Part shown: in pieces, positions 12,201 through 27,200 of the stretch
Numbering within the stretch: the stretch's first letter is position 1
How the letters are laid out: each line of letters opens with the position of its first letter
NCBI RefSeq assembly: GCF_902652985.1
Contig: NC_047021.1
Location: forward strand, 41,416,001 to 41,480,000
DNA length: 64,000 nucleotides
Source of the DNA: Pecten maximus
Taxonomy: Eukaryota
Direction of reading: 5' to 3'
Notes under the pieces: model-generated
The model's input: only the letters and a program-made list of their open reading frames with translations
The model's database searches: none
What the model was told of the DNA's origin: nothing
Position numbers and translations under genes: made by a program

Positions 12201-15200
12201 CTCAGGAACCAAATGCAAGAGACGCCCCCACACCCACCGTACACTCGCAAACAACAGAATTTGGAAATTATGTAGCAGGTAGGAATTTTGTGCTTATTAA
12301 TAATGATGATGATTAACATCCGCTGATTAAAAATAATTCAGAAACGGTATGCTAACGGTAACATTCCTTCAAGGCTTGACGCGCTGAACTTATTCGCTAG
12401 TATGATTTCATTTACAATAGTTTCTGTGCAATGTTTTCCAATTTCACCAATTTGAATACGCTAAAATAAATATGTTTGCAGTATGTCCCGATTGCCTCAG
12501 TATATATCGTTATGTTAAGGCTGCATTCGTTACAATCTTCCAGAATACACTGATACCCCATGTACAGGTCTGATGTGTTTACGAGAAAATCACCTTCACG
12601 ATACCACTGCATAGTCGGACATGTATTAACTATGTTCCAATTGATGTGTAAATGGATCATTGATATTTTATGAATGATAATTTCCCCAAAACGCTGAAAG
12701 AACAAAAGTTGATTTAAATTATCGTACTCCGACGGTGATTCTATTTTTAAAAATGTAAACCCGTGCAAAATGACGAGGCACAAAACACCAGGTGATCTGG
12801 ATGGGTAACCTTCCTATAAAATAATGTATGGTTCTGTCAAATTCATGTAGTGTCACGCCCTGAGAAATTCGTAACAACGGAATCCAAGGTTTATCAACGT
12901 ACATCGAGCACGTTGATATAGAAATACAATACATTGAACGTAAATTTCTAGGAAGGTCCCGAGGTCCAGCATAAATTCCCTCTATGGTTTCACTCAACCT
13001 AACATGACGATGGATTAGATTTATAAAAACGTATGTATATACATAGTTTCTTTTTAATACTCCCTTATTTTGTCCTATTTGTAATTCAGATTTCGATGAT
13101 ATAACGACTGAGGAATCAGCACATCCTTCAGCAGCCCCCACAGACAATGGATGGGCCCCTCCCCCTTACGTAGCTCCTCCCCCTGACGAGTCCGTTCCAG
13201 AAGCGCCACCTCCTTCATATTATGACGTCATCACAGGAAGTGTTAGTGTGTCTAAAGCATAATAGTCAGTATTATGCGTTTTTAACTTTAATTTGAAATA
13301 TGTTGGCTGCTTTAATAAACCTGAAATATTCTTGTTCTGCAAATGAACACAGTGCAAAATGACAGGTTTTCGACCATCGCTGAAGAAAATCAGAAACATG
13401 AAATATGATCCAGATATCAAATGAAATGGAGATCAATGCGTTGGGAAGTGTTGGCAAATATCATTTGCAGGTACATTCCAAAAATAAACATTATAATCAT
13501 AGGGCGCATGTACAATGTAAACTTTTCAGGGTTTCTTGTAGCGTTTATGTTGTACAAGATATCGTATTCTTGGTCTCCTTGGTTGTATTCATAAGATATT
13601 TGTTTCATTAATGTCTTTTTTATAAACTTATAATATTTTTTTTTATTATTTTAAAGGTTTTAGTATTTTATGTTCTTTTTGTATTTTTTTTTTTTTTCTT
13701 TTTTGGATTTTAATATTTTAATCATTCTTTAAAATAGTAAAAGAGATCTTGCTCCTGATGATATTATCTGTGTTTCTTTATTTATCCGTCCACGTCATCA
13801 ATCAACAAGCGGTTTGTATAATCATAAAACTTGACATCATTTAAATGTTTCATCCTGACATCACAAACGTGTGTAGCTAATATATATTCTAGTGTTGGCA
13901 TATAAATACTATATATATATATGTAAATAAATATGCAAAACTGGCAATTGCAGAAATGTGTGCAGATTTTACAATATTTTGTTAATCATATCAAATTAAC
14001 GGCATGCTTATTACTGTTCAACGAATATTTGATAGAAATCCATATAAAAATGAACATTCACAAAAAACATTCGCAAACTACTTTTTGTGTATCATCATTT
14101 CCGTGGTCCAGATTTGAACAAGTGATGAAAATAGTCCCGGCCAGAGGTCACCGCGTCAACCAATCAAAACGTTTTTAGAGTTTATTCAATGTATGCCAAA
14201 AACTGTTTGCTATTGTTATGGGAGTTGAATAATACCCACCTATTGTGGTAGAAACTAGATATACACAATGTGCTATTATGTATTATGTAAAATGTTATTT
14301 ATTGGAAATTTTGTTAATTATAAATTGAAAAGTTGTTGGTAAAGATGTACGTTTGATATGATTCCCACTATAAAAACAATGTTATTTGTTTTTAATAATG
14401 ATGATATGTGATTATGACAAAATTATATTGCTTTAATTGTTTTATGGTTTTGAACTCATTTAATAAACGAATATATCTCAAAACCACATTATATGACTTG
14501 ATATCTACAAAATGTGATATAGTTTATTATTCATTTCGTATCGTAAATTGAATTCATTTATAGTATTATTGTGTCAGTTTACAAATGTGTATGATTATAT
14601 CTTTTATATCACTGCTATGTTTAACTCAATCGAATTCAAATTAGACGTATTATCTGCTTCTCTGTGATACTCTACGATACAATGCAATAGTGCATCGCAC
14701 AATATCGTAGATAAGCGGAAATTACAAGTATAATTTTATTAGATTCTGTTTGACTCAGATTTTATATAACTATGTTTGTATTTTCTTAATCAAAATGAAT
14801 ATGTATTTTTGCAATTTATCTCTACTTAATTACTTCCATCACTTGTAAGATATATACCTTATTTATGAAACATTGTACAAAAGACCAATGGTATTAACAT
14901 CTTGCAATACATATTGCGAGCTAGATACAGTATCTAAGACTGATTTGTCCTTCTAAGACTTGTCAGTGCTACTGAAGCTGAAGATATTTGAGGCAACGAA
15001 AGATGCTCACTGCTCATTTATTATAACATTGTGAAACATGTGTTTAACATTTTGTCAACAATTGTTATGTTAAAAAATAAATAATGTTTGTCGATGTTGT
15101 CTTTCTAGTTTTGTTATGTATGTTAACGTCAACACGTTCAAAACGACATTTATTCTCATTCTCCCATGTTGTCTTTTTTTACATAAACAATGGATCGTTA

Positions 15201-18200
15201 AGATTCGACGAAGAATAATGGAAAGAAGGGAAAATGATGTTTATAATATCAGAAATAATCCAATACCTGCTGTTTATATTATCCGGAATCTTCGAATATC
15301 CGATGCTTATATTATCTGGATTTTCCAGCTCCTTGATGTTAATATTATTATGAATATTCAAATACCGGAAGTTTATAGCATAAGAGTAAATGATAGTTTT
15401 ACTATCCGGAATACTCTTAAACCCGATGTTTATAATATCCGGAATACTCTTAAACCCGATGTTTATAATATCTGGAATAGTTAATTGCCTGATGTTTATA
15501 CTATCCGGAATACTCAAAACATGATGTTTATATTATCCGGAATACTCAAATACATGATGTTTATATTATCCGGAATACTCAAATACATGATGTTTATATT
15601 ATCCGGAATACTCAAATACATGATGTTTATACTATCCGGAATACTCAAATACATGATGTTTATACTATCCGGAATACTCAAATACATGATGTTTATACTA
15701 TCCGGAATACTCAAATACATGATGTTTATAATATCCGTAATAGTCCTATGCTTGCTGTTTATACTTTCCAGAATACTCCAATACCTTGTGTTTGTAATAT
15801 CCCGAAAAGTCCAATTCTTGATGTGTTTCAAATTAACAATGGTATTTTGATTATTGCTTTATACCAGTTTTGAGAATAATGCAAACAATTCATGATAAAA
15901 GCACACGATTTTTGTTTACTCTCTGTTATTTTTTAATTGTTTCTTCAGACTTCTATACTTTTATCTAATCACTATCGCTGTTGTGTATTCAAATATAGGC
16001 TACTTTCCAAAAATAGTGTACACAGTGCAAAGCTAGCGATGTTGTGTCCGTTCCATAATCTACGACATTTTCAAATTAGAATTTACACCTGCCTATGAAT
16101 TTACGGTAACACTAAAACCAGTTATATCTATAATTTACCAATTATTTTGATATGGATAATTTCTAGAATAGAAGATTCTTTTTGAAATTGAATCTGAATG
16201 TATCAGTTTATTAACTACAGTAGCTATCGATCCGCGTTCAGACAAAATACCACAGAAGATTCTTTTTTAAATTGAATCCGAATGTATCAGTTTATTAACT
16301 ACAGTAGCTATCGATCCGCGTTCAGACAAAAACACGTATTTTATTTTTTGCTTGTTATTTACAAACATTGGCGATGACTACGCTCCATAACATCGTTATC
16401 AACAACCTATTCAGGTAATTATCTTTGAATTGTATTTGATGTTTTGATTGTATTTAACACAAATTTTGATATTCAATTACTGTAAACTAACTTATTTTCA
16501 CGACAACTTGATTTCGCGTTTTCAAGCCTAACCTTTTTTTTGCGGCGATTTAGAATGAAAATGTCCTACTGTATCTGAGATTGAAACTATTTTGCGGCAA
16601 TTAATTTTCGCGACTTTCAATCCCCCGCGAAATACGCGAATATTAATCGTACGCGAAAATAATTTGGTTTACAGTATTACGCATTCACTTTGTATTTCTT
16701 CAATGCAAAATCTCGCTGTACAACAGGCTGGCTATAAACTACCGAATTAGATGTATTATCTGAAATCATTGAACACTTATAATTTTAAAAGTCGAACCTT
16801 TTTATCTGGAAGTTAGTAGGCTTGTAAAGAATGAAAGTAAGCTCCCGAGTATTTAAGATAACATAGTGTATTACATTTTTTGTTTTTGTCCCAACAAATT
16901 AGAATTTTGACTTCGAGTTATCAGGGTTCGAGTCTAACTGGTCATAATTCCCTGCTAGAAGAGATATAAACATCCCATTGCCGGTTGTTAAGTAAAAGTA
17001 TCACATCATTTTTCAAAACAGCGTTTTTTATCTGATATTAGTCACACTTTCTCGAAATGTATCGATTAAAGATTGATAGTAAACGGTTTACTAAAACTGC
17101 TAAGTTGATTTACTAGATAGAAATGTGACAACCACAGAACAAACTAATAAAGCGAAATGATATACTATGTTAGGATTATTAGGGGAGTATCCTGCAATAG
17201 AATAGTGATAAGTTTGATGTAATTCACTTGAATAATTAATTTATTATTTTCGTTTTAATAATCTCTCTTTAATAGTTTGTTGCTCAGCGCTATAACTCGT
17301 ATAAATACTTGTATTCTTGTTTGCACTTGAACTGTAGCGCCTCCATTGAAAGCGAAAAAGTTGCATTCAACAAATGAATGTATCCATAACTTAACTTCAA
17401 TTACTCCACGGAGTCACAGCCGATACATATCTGTTGTAGAAAATGTAGCAAACATTGACTACCGGTGGAACACAGTGTAAATTAATTAAACTCAAAACAT
17501 CGTCACTAAACATATCTTAAAGACATATGATCTAAAATATATCCTCATAAAAATATCTTTCGTTTTGATTGGTGTAACTTTATAATTTGTAATAAGTAAC
17601 GTATGGAGGTTTCATTTACCTTGATATTACGATTTTTTAATGTTGAAAACCTGTAGATATTTATTAACGGTACGATAATAATTGGTAAGCGGAAACAATA
17701 GTCATTATCTCTTTATAGACAGTTTTTGAGATTGAAAATCAATACGATGTATATGTATTTTTCCAACTTGGGAGTACTTTCCTTGAAAACTGGACAGAAA
17801 TATTTTTCACATGAAAATCGTAGACAATATGACTTTAACAAAACAATTGTTTTACTTCCTTGCATTTTGTTTCCACTTGCAATTGATATGCTATCTTTTT
17901 ATAGATGAAATTATGTTTATCTTGTGGGTGGATAAATATACAATTGAAGATATTGAAAATAATAATAATGAAAAAAAATAATAATACGAAAAGGGGGGAT
18001 AACTGAAGAGGTTGTTTAAGTAAGCAAGAAGACACATGGGGTTGTTTGATTCACAACGCTGATTTGTTTGTATTTGCATCCAACTGTCAACAAATATATT
18101 TGTGTGGGTAACAGTCTGCTTTGCTTTGCAAGAATTACAAATGAATTATCATAATGAAGTGAGTATCATGATGAATTGATTATCATAATGAATGGATTAC

Positions 18201-21200
18201 ATAATGAATTGATTATCATAATCAATGGATTATCATATTGAATGGATTATCATAATGAATGAATTATCATAATGAATGGATTATCATAATGAATAGATAA
18301 CGATAATCATTTTCGGCCTTGACAAACGAATATTCTTATTTGAAAACTTTTGTTTTATATTAGTTTCAGGTTTCAATGTCCTTCCTATCATACTGATTCT
18401 TGGTGTTGTCGGAGGAGGCGGTGCCTTGATAAAACACAAGCACGGCTTGACGTGTTTACGCGAGACACTGGGAGCTTTATGGGAATGTCTGAATGATAGT
18501 GTGTGTTGTATCATAAAAGCTGTATCATGTGAATCGTCCAGAGCAGTACAGGAGGACACATCTAGAAACAGAACTGAACATACTGATATAGCCATTACGT
18601 TCGAACCTGGCGTGACATTGTCTCGTCACAACAGCATGCTTTCACTTGGTAAGTACAATAATAGCATATACATGTATGTATTCTTTTTTAATACTGCTTT
18701 CTCTTACAACAATTTATCTCAGTAAATTTATTGATAGAAATTATGAATCATATGATTTTGTATATATACACAGAGTTGTGTTCACGTAATTGCTGTTGCT
18801 GTAACCCCCCTTTCATGTTTCGAAAACATCAATACAATGCATTTTATCGAAGCCGTTAAAACTTAATGAGATGCGTTTATCTGCATATAAACAATATGAA
18901 AATCCAACAAAACCCAAAACCCCATATTTCACCATTGAGAGATAGTCCGAATTAATATCATATCATAGATCTGATTATGCATTGTTTACGTAATTAGTAG
19001 ACATTGTCTGATGTAAAAGATGCCTGCAACTGATGAAGAACCTAATTTTCATGATTACGAGAGATTCATATTTATGACGAGTACTGGGAAGTTTTATAAT
19101 CATCTTGACCTAATATTGAAACAATCGATGTGTTCTGCGTGTATTGCTATACCAGGAAGCCCTGTTGTTTGACCCTGGCTTTTCATTTTGAGTGCATCAC
19201 ATAATTTGGAGTTGACCTAGATTGAAATAGCAGGTGTCGTCGATGAAACGCTTATCCGTCCGAAACCCATGTCCGTTTTCCTCTTACAAAGCGATGTGTA
19301 TGTTATATTCATAGATGTATTTTGTTCACATCTTCTTCCTTTTATAAACGGTGGGATTATTTTGTGTGTAATATTTCTCAATAGTTGAATTCCGTTAGCA
19401 TGAATTTTCTTGCCTTCTAAACTATTGTCTCCTTCCACATTTTTCTTGAATGAAACTTTAACTTAATTGTTTTCATGTGCATGTCTTGAATATGAATCCT
19501 CAATACAAATTCTTTGTAAATGTCTCGTTTTTAATTACTTTACAGGCATTCTAGCGAGTGTGATACCAAACAATTCAAACAATAGATCACGTGCAAATGA
19601 CAATGCAACTGAGGACACGTCGAGAAACAGAACTGAAGAACCGTTTTTACCTTCTTCTGATACTGAATCTTACACGACTCTATCAGAAGACAATAGCCTT
19701 CTATCGCTAGGTATGTAAATGTTACAATTGTCACTCGGTTGATCAGTCAAACCAATATTTTCAATACTGTTTTTTTGTATTAATCTTTAAGTTGATTTTT
19801 CCTTAATAATTGTTTACTGGACGCCAAACAATACAACACCAAACCTTCACTCTTTAGAAGTATTGTATTATGATAGCAATTGACGAAAGCAATGTTCCAC
19901 TTCTGTCGAAACCAGGAAAAGATATGGATTTAGTTCAAATATTTTTCATGTAAATGTAACAAATATCTGATTAGTTTTGCTTTTGTATTTATCATTTCAT
20001 TTCTATTTCTATTTGCAGACATTGATGATGGGTTTACAGAGGAGCCCTTGGACCCTTCCACACCCCCTACCGATAATATATATGATCCACCTTCTTACGT
20101 TGTCCCTCTCCCTGATTCGATTGCAGCTCCTCGAACACTTGCTGTCAACGATATAGTTGATCCTCCTCCTTACGTCGCCCCGCCCTCACCCGAGGAACCG
20201 CCTCCGTCCTATTATGACGTAGTGACAATGAATAAATAGACTGATGAATTGACTATTTCATACATGTCAGCATATATTGTGTAATATCAAAATATAATTT
20301 ACTTAGTAATATTAGGTGTGAAAATGCGTGAAAAAGGTATGTGCTTTTAGTTAGTGAATTGAATAAAAAACTTAATGTTTCCTAAGTTAACTGCCATGTT
20401 TGATACTGAGAGGTAGATTCAAAAGGGGGAAATAAATTTGTAACATAACTTCAAATAAGACTGTTTCGCCGTTATTACTGAAATATCCAGATGAGAGATG
20501 CAGATCCTCTCTGACCTTTTGTTACTATAGGAAAGCGAAGTAGATATGTTTTCTGCCCAAATCTTAAAATGTGGTTAATCTCTCCTAAAAAATATTTTGT
20601 TTTTTTTGTTAGTTTGTTTATTTATCTGTCATTGTGGTATATAAATAATAAACTCTACAGTGTAAAGGTATATACATATGTGTAATTGTTTAAATGCATG
20701 TTAGGTATTAGTTATTTATTGATATTCCAGATAGAGTGCATCCATAATTGAAAAAAAACTCTCAGCAAATCAGAACTGAATCTGAAATGTGGAAATCTTC
20801 CATTAACTGATGCATACTACACTGATACAATTGACGATTTGTGTTGTTTATTAAAACGTGTTAAGACAATTTTTTTTTAAATTTCAACTATGTATTGTTG
20901 TATGAACATGCATTAATGGTGAATGGTATTGAAACTTCAATACTTTTTACGTATGAACTAATACGAGCGTATCTATCTTCGGATTGCAATATATTGCAAA
21001 TATTCATTTTTTTAAATTTAAATTAGACAAAAAATTTGAGTTGCCAATATGGCGTTCATTAAGTTGAACAATGTTTATAAGTTCCATGTATGAAATTTAT
21101 CTAGTTTTAAACCTTTTCTTTCTGGTGCTTTATCTGTAATATGGTGTTATGCTTTATACTTATACAATATAATGTGATTTTCCGCCAACAGAATATTCTA

Positions 21201-24200
21201 GTTTTGTCTGCGATAAAAATAAATCTTACAGTACCATTAAACATAATGTGATTTATTGTTCTTTTGGAAATCAAATGTTCTTATTCCTGAGACAATACGA
21301 ACATCTGTTCTCTAAGAATTTTGTTGATGTACTCGTTTACAACCACTCATTTCAACAACCAATAGACATGTTTATGGATTGGATTCTCGGAGGAATCATA
21401 ACATGTCTAAAAAACGTTTTGCATCTCCCGTGCAACGATACTCATTATATATACAATAATACCACTAATTACACAATCGATCATCAAAATTGTTTATTGT
21501 TATTTAGATATAAAAACAATTGATTGTTGTTTTGTCGACGCATTTTCCAACATGGCGCTTGGCATACTAACTTACTTTGAGCACCTGGATTTCCCTCGTA
21601 CATTTTTAGGGTATTTGTGCTTAGTCATATTGTGCTAGTTTTCCACTCGTTTTATCGATCTTTAGTTGAAATTCATTATTATTTGTTTTCGTTGATAAAG
21701 CCCTTTGTTTTGACTCCCGTATTTACAATGGCTTTGTTTCATTTTGGCATCCAAGTTATTGCGGTCCTTGTTTGGTGGCGTTGTTTTTTTTTTTCAGTTG
21801 GGTCGTTGTTTTTCCTTGAAATGTTTTGATATTTAGTTTTAGGCAAAAGGGAAACTCTTCGCCTTCTATTATATAACCCCGCAAGATGTCTTATTTTTAA
21901 ATTTTTACACCATTGCTTCATTTCTTGCGATATCTCTTCCCGAGTTTTTTTTTGAACACATTAAAACTATCATTATACTATCTATTCACCATTTCCCCTT
22001 ATCCTACTTTGTCTTTCCGTCACATTTAATACTAACTTTCCTTATATCGTTAAGAATGCGCCCTTTTAATAATACTATTGATTTTATAATGATTTCCTGA
22101 TATATAGGGAAAAACTTTCCGTCAATATATACAGCCGACTAACACTGATATTAACAGAGCTGAAATCTTACCCCCGAAACGTCTGGCTTTTATTTTAGAA
22201 GGACGTTTAATACATTACTGTAATTATATAAGATATATTGAATTAGATATATTTCCCTATCAAAATATCTGTTTTTAGCCTAACTTAATCACACTGGTTT
22301 CATTGACAAATTGCATTTTCTCGTAGTCCAAAGTCACGAATGTTTTATTTTCAATAGAATAGGCTGCAGGCACTATGTACGGGTAGGGGGTATAAAAGAC
22401 ATGGAAAATCCAGATAAATCCAATGGAAAAAGAAGTGTGAACAAAATAGATTTTCAAAAATTGATCAACTGACGCCATTTTGGTAAACAATATTGCCATT
22501 CGAAAGAGTAGTCTTTATGCATTTAGAATATATAGTAGATGATTGATTTAGCTATGCATTTAACAAATTTCTGTCTCTCTGTACGTGTTCGCATTTTACC
22601 TTTGATTTATAAAGTTTGAGTAAAAAAAGTTTTATATGTATATCGATATTCTCTGCTTGATTTTAATACATTCAGTCAGACAGGATTGTCCTGTTAAGTT
22701 AATGTCATGTTTCCATTTATAATTATTTTACAATGATGTGCATGTCGTTTCTCTTGTTTGCTTGTAAATCTTATACTAATGGTATTATGTAGAGGATGTT
22801 AATTAGTTCTTTTGTAAATGTTTGTAATTATATTTTGAACTGTATTTTTCAATGGCATGCAAACAATGAGAATTTCTCACGGAGTTGACCCATAGGTGCC
22901 ATTAGTGTGGAGTGGCGTAGTGAATCAACCATTGGTATCCGACGATGGGTATTCTTGACATACTCATTGAATAGGTTTGAGGGCTTGGATTCAATCGGAT
23001 ATATTTTATCATTACGGCTTAACTATTTTCAAAGGAAATTGCGTTATCATTGTGTCCTACGTGTTTACATTAATAAATACTATGTGAAGTTTTCATTTCT
23101 AAATATTCCCCTTCACGTTTTCAGAATTTAATGTCGGACACGTTTTCGGGATCGTATCTGGCAGTTTGGTTATATGTGCTTGTGCTGGAATTCTGAAAGC
23201 AATTTGTGAAAGGTTTTTCGAAAACTGTAGAGAATCTTGTAATGAAGTGTGTGGATGTATTCCCTATATCCTGTGCGGCATAAGGGAATGCATAGCAGGA
23301 TGTTTCGGTTGTGAAAAGAAAGAGGATGCTGATCCTGAAGAGAATACAGAAACTGTTGTGACACAGGAACCACTGAGAGTATATACTATAAATGATTCTG
23401 TGGTGAATCGGACCAGTGCTGTCAGTTTGGACACAATAGACTCTCTAGGTAAATCTAATCATCCTCGAAAGTCAGTTCGTAGTAAAGTCATAAATATAAT
23501 AATATCACAACATCCACATTATAGTTTCTTAATCATAAAGTATATCTGTTTGTATACAAATATTCTCGTTTATTCAAAACAATTACCAGAGACTTAGTTT
23601 ATAGAGGTCCCCATTATTACATTTTCGATTAATGATATACTGAATTGCAATTACAAAGTTATTTTATATCAAGATATTAAACAAAATATAAACTGTTCTG
23701 TCGTTTTTTGTATTGCAGAGGAAAGAGATTCTTTGATAGGAGGCAACGGGCGGAATGAGGATAATGAGTGGGATCCACCTGATTACGTTCCCCCTATGCC
23801 CCCTACTGCTCCCCCTGCTGACTCATTGTCGGATTTATCGCCTCATTACGTAGCCCCGTACCCTAGTGCGCCTCGTTCTGACTCATTATCGGAAGCACCC
23901 CCTCCTTACGTTGCCCCGTCGCCAAGTGCGCGTCGTTCTGACTCAATATCGGACGCACCACCTCCTTACGTTGCCCCGTCGCCAAGTGCGTCTCGTTCTG
24001 ACTCATTATCGGAAGCACCACCTCCTTCCTATTATGATTACGTGACCGATAATTTTTCGTAAGAAATTGGACCTTTATAAAAGAATCACGCTAAAAATTG
24101 ATACGACTAGTTATTGAACGTTTTATGATAAAAATGTCACGCAATAAAGAAAAGAAAACTTTAGTGGTACAGACAGCATAGCTGTAAGCATTAACTTTGA

Positions 24201-27200
24201 ATAGTATCAGAACAGTATGAAGGCTGTGTTTGAGTCCAAAGGAACGTTTTGCTTATTTTTGGTCTTTACAAGGTTAAATTTTGATGCACTTCTTTTACGC
24301 TTTTAACGTAAGGTTCTTTAAGCTAGGATGTTTAATTAAAAAAAGAATTATTGGCTCTGAGAGCCCAGTCATGACGTCACATCATGAAGTCAATAATAAT
24401 ATAAACAAACAACATATTAACACAGTGCCTTTAGAATAAACTAAGAATTTGATACCTGCTTAGATAGCCAGTTTAGTATAACAATAATACTGATGTGCTA
24501 TATCATCACACCGTAGAAAAATAGCGTTATTAAAATTGTGAATGCCTTTGATGTGTACAGGAAGTGATAATGATACTATTTCTTTATCTTAGGTAGCATA
24601 TGCCTTCATCAGATGTTCAAATCGCCATTCCGCTCATTATCGCTTTTTGAGAAGTGGTAAAGTATCTTTGATCTTAGGTTGATATCGCTGTTTCTCAGAA
24701 ATTACTGTATACGTCTTTTAGAAATTTCAAAAAGGATGTTCAATTTTTATGACAGATATGACGATAAAATGGTTGACAGGCGACCATTTTGATTTCTGAC
24801 AGTTAAATATTGTTATTGCTATATTTCAGAAAGTGATATTGATTTTAACCATTCTGTTCAATTTTGCCTTTTATCTGAAAAAAGGGCGAAAGTCTACAAC
24901 CTTTGATTTTGGTTGTTATTAATAAGAAAGGTTAACATGTGATTTTCTCATGCTTTGCTTGTTTCGCATTTTAAAACTGATCAGAAGAACGAAAATTTGA
25001 AAAACATCCATATTGTGTTTCGAAAGTTGAATTTTGTAATTGGTATATTACAGAAAGTAGACCATTAGTCAAAACTTAATTGAATAGGTTCATTGTGGCC
25101 CTTAATGGTAAAGAACCACAAAGAAGTCATATATCGTGAATACAGCAGTTGAAAAGAAAATGAAACAGTTGAAAAAAAGAGAAGAAATTAAACTCGCATA
25201 TAACCAAAATAGATCATAAGAGGGTGTGTGCTAACATCCGTTTGTGATCTTTTAGTCATTGCGATGCTTGCCAGTTCACATTAAATCACATTGGAAAGAG
25301 ACTGCCGTCAATCATTTCAATGAATGAGATTATCTACTGATGTGCCATCAATTCGTTGCGATATATATGAAATAATGTTGATTATGTTATAACAAATGGT
25401 TTACATTTAGAATGCAAATCAATCGGTTATTTTGTCACATCGTTTGAACTTCCTATCAATCACCAGAGTTTGCCTTACAGGGACCACGGAACCAAATGAT
25501 TTCCCATAGACGGAAATGTTAACGTTTACCACTGTACTGCTTAAATAGAGTTTTCAACACTGGTCCACTAGCCATAATTTTGAAGAATGTCATCTCAGAA
25601 ACCTGTAAATAGAATGATTAAAAATTCTACCAATTTGATTTTTTTTTTATATGGGGGCCGCCATCTTGTATTGAATTCAGCACCAAAAATTCGTCTAAAT
25701 TTACAACAAAATACACACTTAATTAACTCCCCCTGACAAAAACAGGCTAGGAAAAATATAACTTTTTTCTAATTATTTTACATTTACATGTATTGCCCAG
25801 CCCACACATAAAACTTTGGAAACTTCTCTCACTTAAATATCCAATCAGTAGGCCCCGATGCATTCACCTTCCTATTAAATCTTCTGCCCAAACGGGGAAA
25901 ACCCACAATCTATTTTTGATTTGGTTCTGTGGCCCCTACAGGATACCCAACGGTCCATACTTGTATACCCATAATATATCATTTAACGTCGGCATTTATT
26001 TATTTTAATATACTCAATGTAACACTTTACAAATGTATACAATAATAGTATCACAATTAAAACAATGTGCGTACATAACATGTTTTGGTATTAACACTTT
26101 CTATATACATTTAGGTTGAATAATATCATGGACGATTAGCCATTGTTTTGATTATGCGTTCAGTGCTGTTAAACTTGGTAGTTTCTACATGTTTAAAACG
26201 CATATCCTAGATACTTCTGCCCGAAACTGTGTGAGACATTATTCGCAAAAGTATTGCGTTTAAACGCATTACATTTATATTTTTTACATTTAACATTTGG
26301 CACCAATGGGCTTCCGTAGAATCCACTTAGGTTTTTAGATCCGAGGCATGTTGTTCGATCCAAGGGGCCGATTGTGTCTCTCAGGAAGCTGGGATCACAG
26401 ATCACCCGCTGCTGCCCTTGTTGTGTCTTTAGGGAAGAAAAGTTAACCAAATTGCTCCGGACAGCATACGGCAAGCCTTCCTATATTGTTCAGTGAGAGT
26501 GTTGACTCTGGCTGTTTATGGGGCGATAAACTCAATCCAATGGTAAACTATATGTATATATATTAAGCGTGATATTTAACGTTTTAACGTTCAATTCACA
26601 AATACATTCGTTGCGTATTGATAATTAATGTATTTCCACTTTAAACATGTATTAACACATATGATGTTAACTTATTTTTGTATGACTCATTAGTTACCGG
26701 TGGTAGTGAATGTTATGTTGCAATTAACTTGTTCTTATTAATTAATTGATAGTCGAATGTCAGTTTAATCAGCACTTAGTGCAATTCTTAAGGAACATAC
26801 ATCTAGATGTTTTGTATCTTGATGTATATTTCACTTTTGTCAATAACAATAGCATTGTTTTCCCTTTATGTTTTATGATACTCTAATGCATAATTTTACT
26901 AGATTTTACATTTGATAATTACTGGCTATTATATGTAAGTACATGTATGTTACTTTAAATAAAGACATGACGCAAGTGATGCATTGTTTTGTTGTGATAA
27001 TATAATCAAACATGATATTGATGTAGAATATGCTGTGTTTTATACCTCACCAATGAAACTATGTCGGGGATTGGTTGAGAGCCGTCACATGTCATGGAGA
27101 CTAAGTCTTCCCGCGTGCGTAATATATCCCCCACGCGGAGCAACTGGTAGGTTAAAGAGAGTTATCGTTTTTTATTTGGAATTCTCCGTGGTTTTCTGAA

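Noticed and set aside
16374-16414. ATG-containing exon candidate with donor CAG|gtaatt before cassette 2
   Set aside because: The ATG frame ends in phase 2 and the phase-1 frame has an upstream stop, so it is incompatible with cassette 2 unless there is an assembly indel
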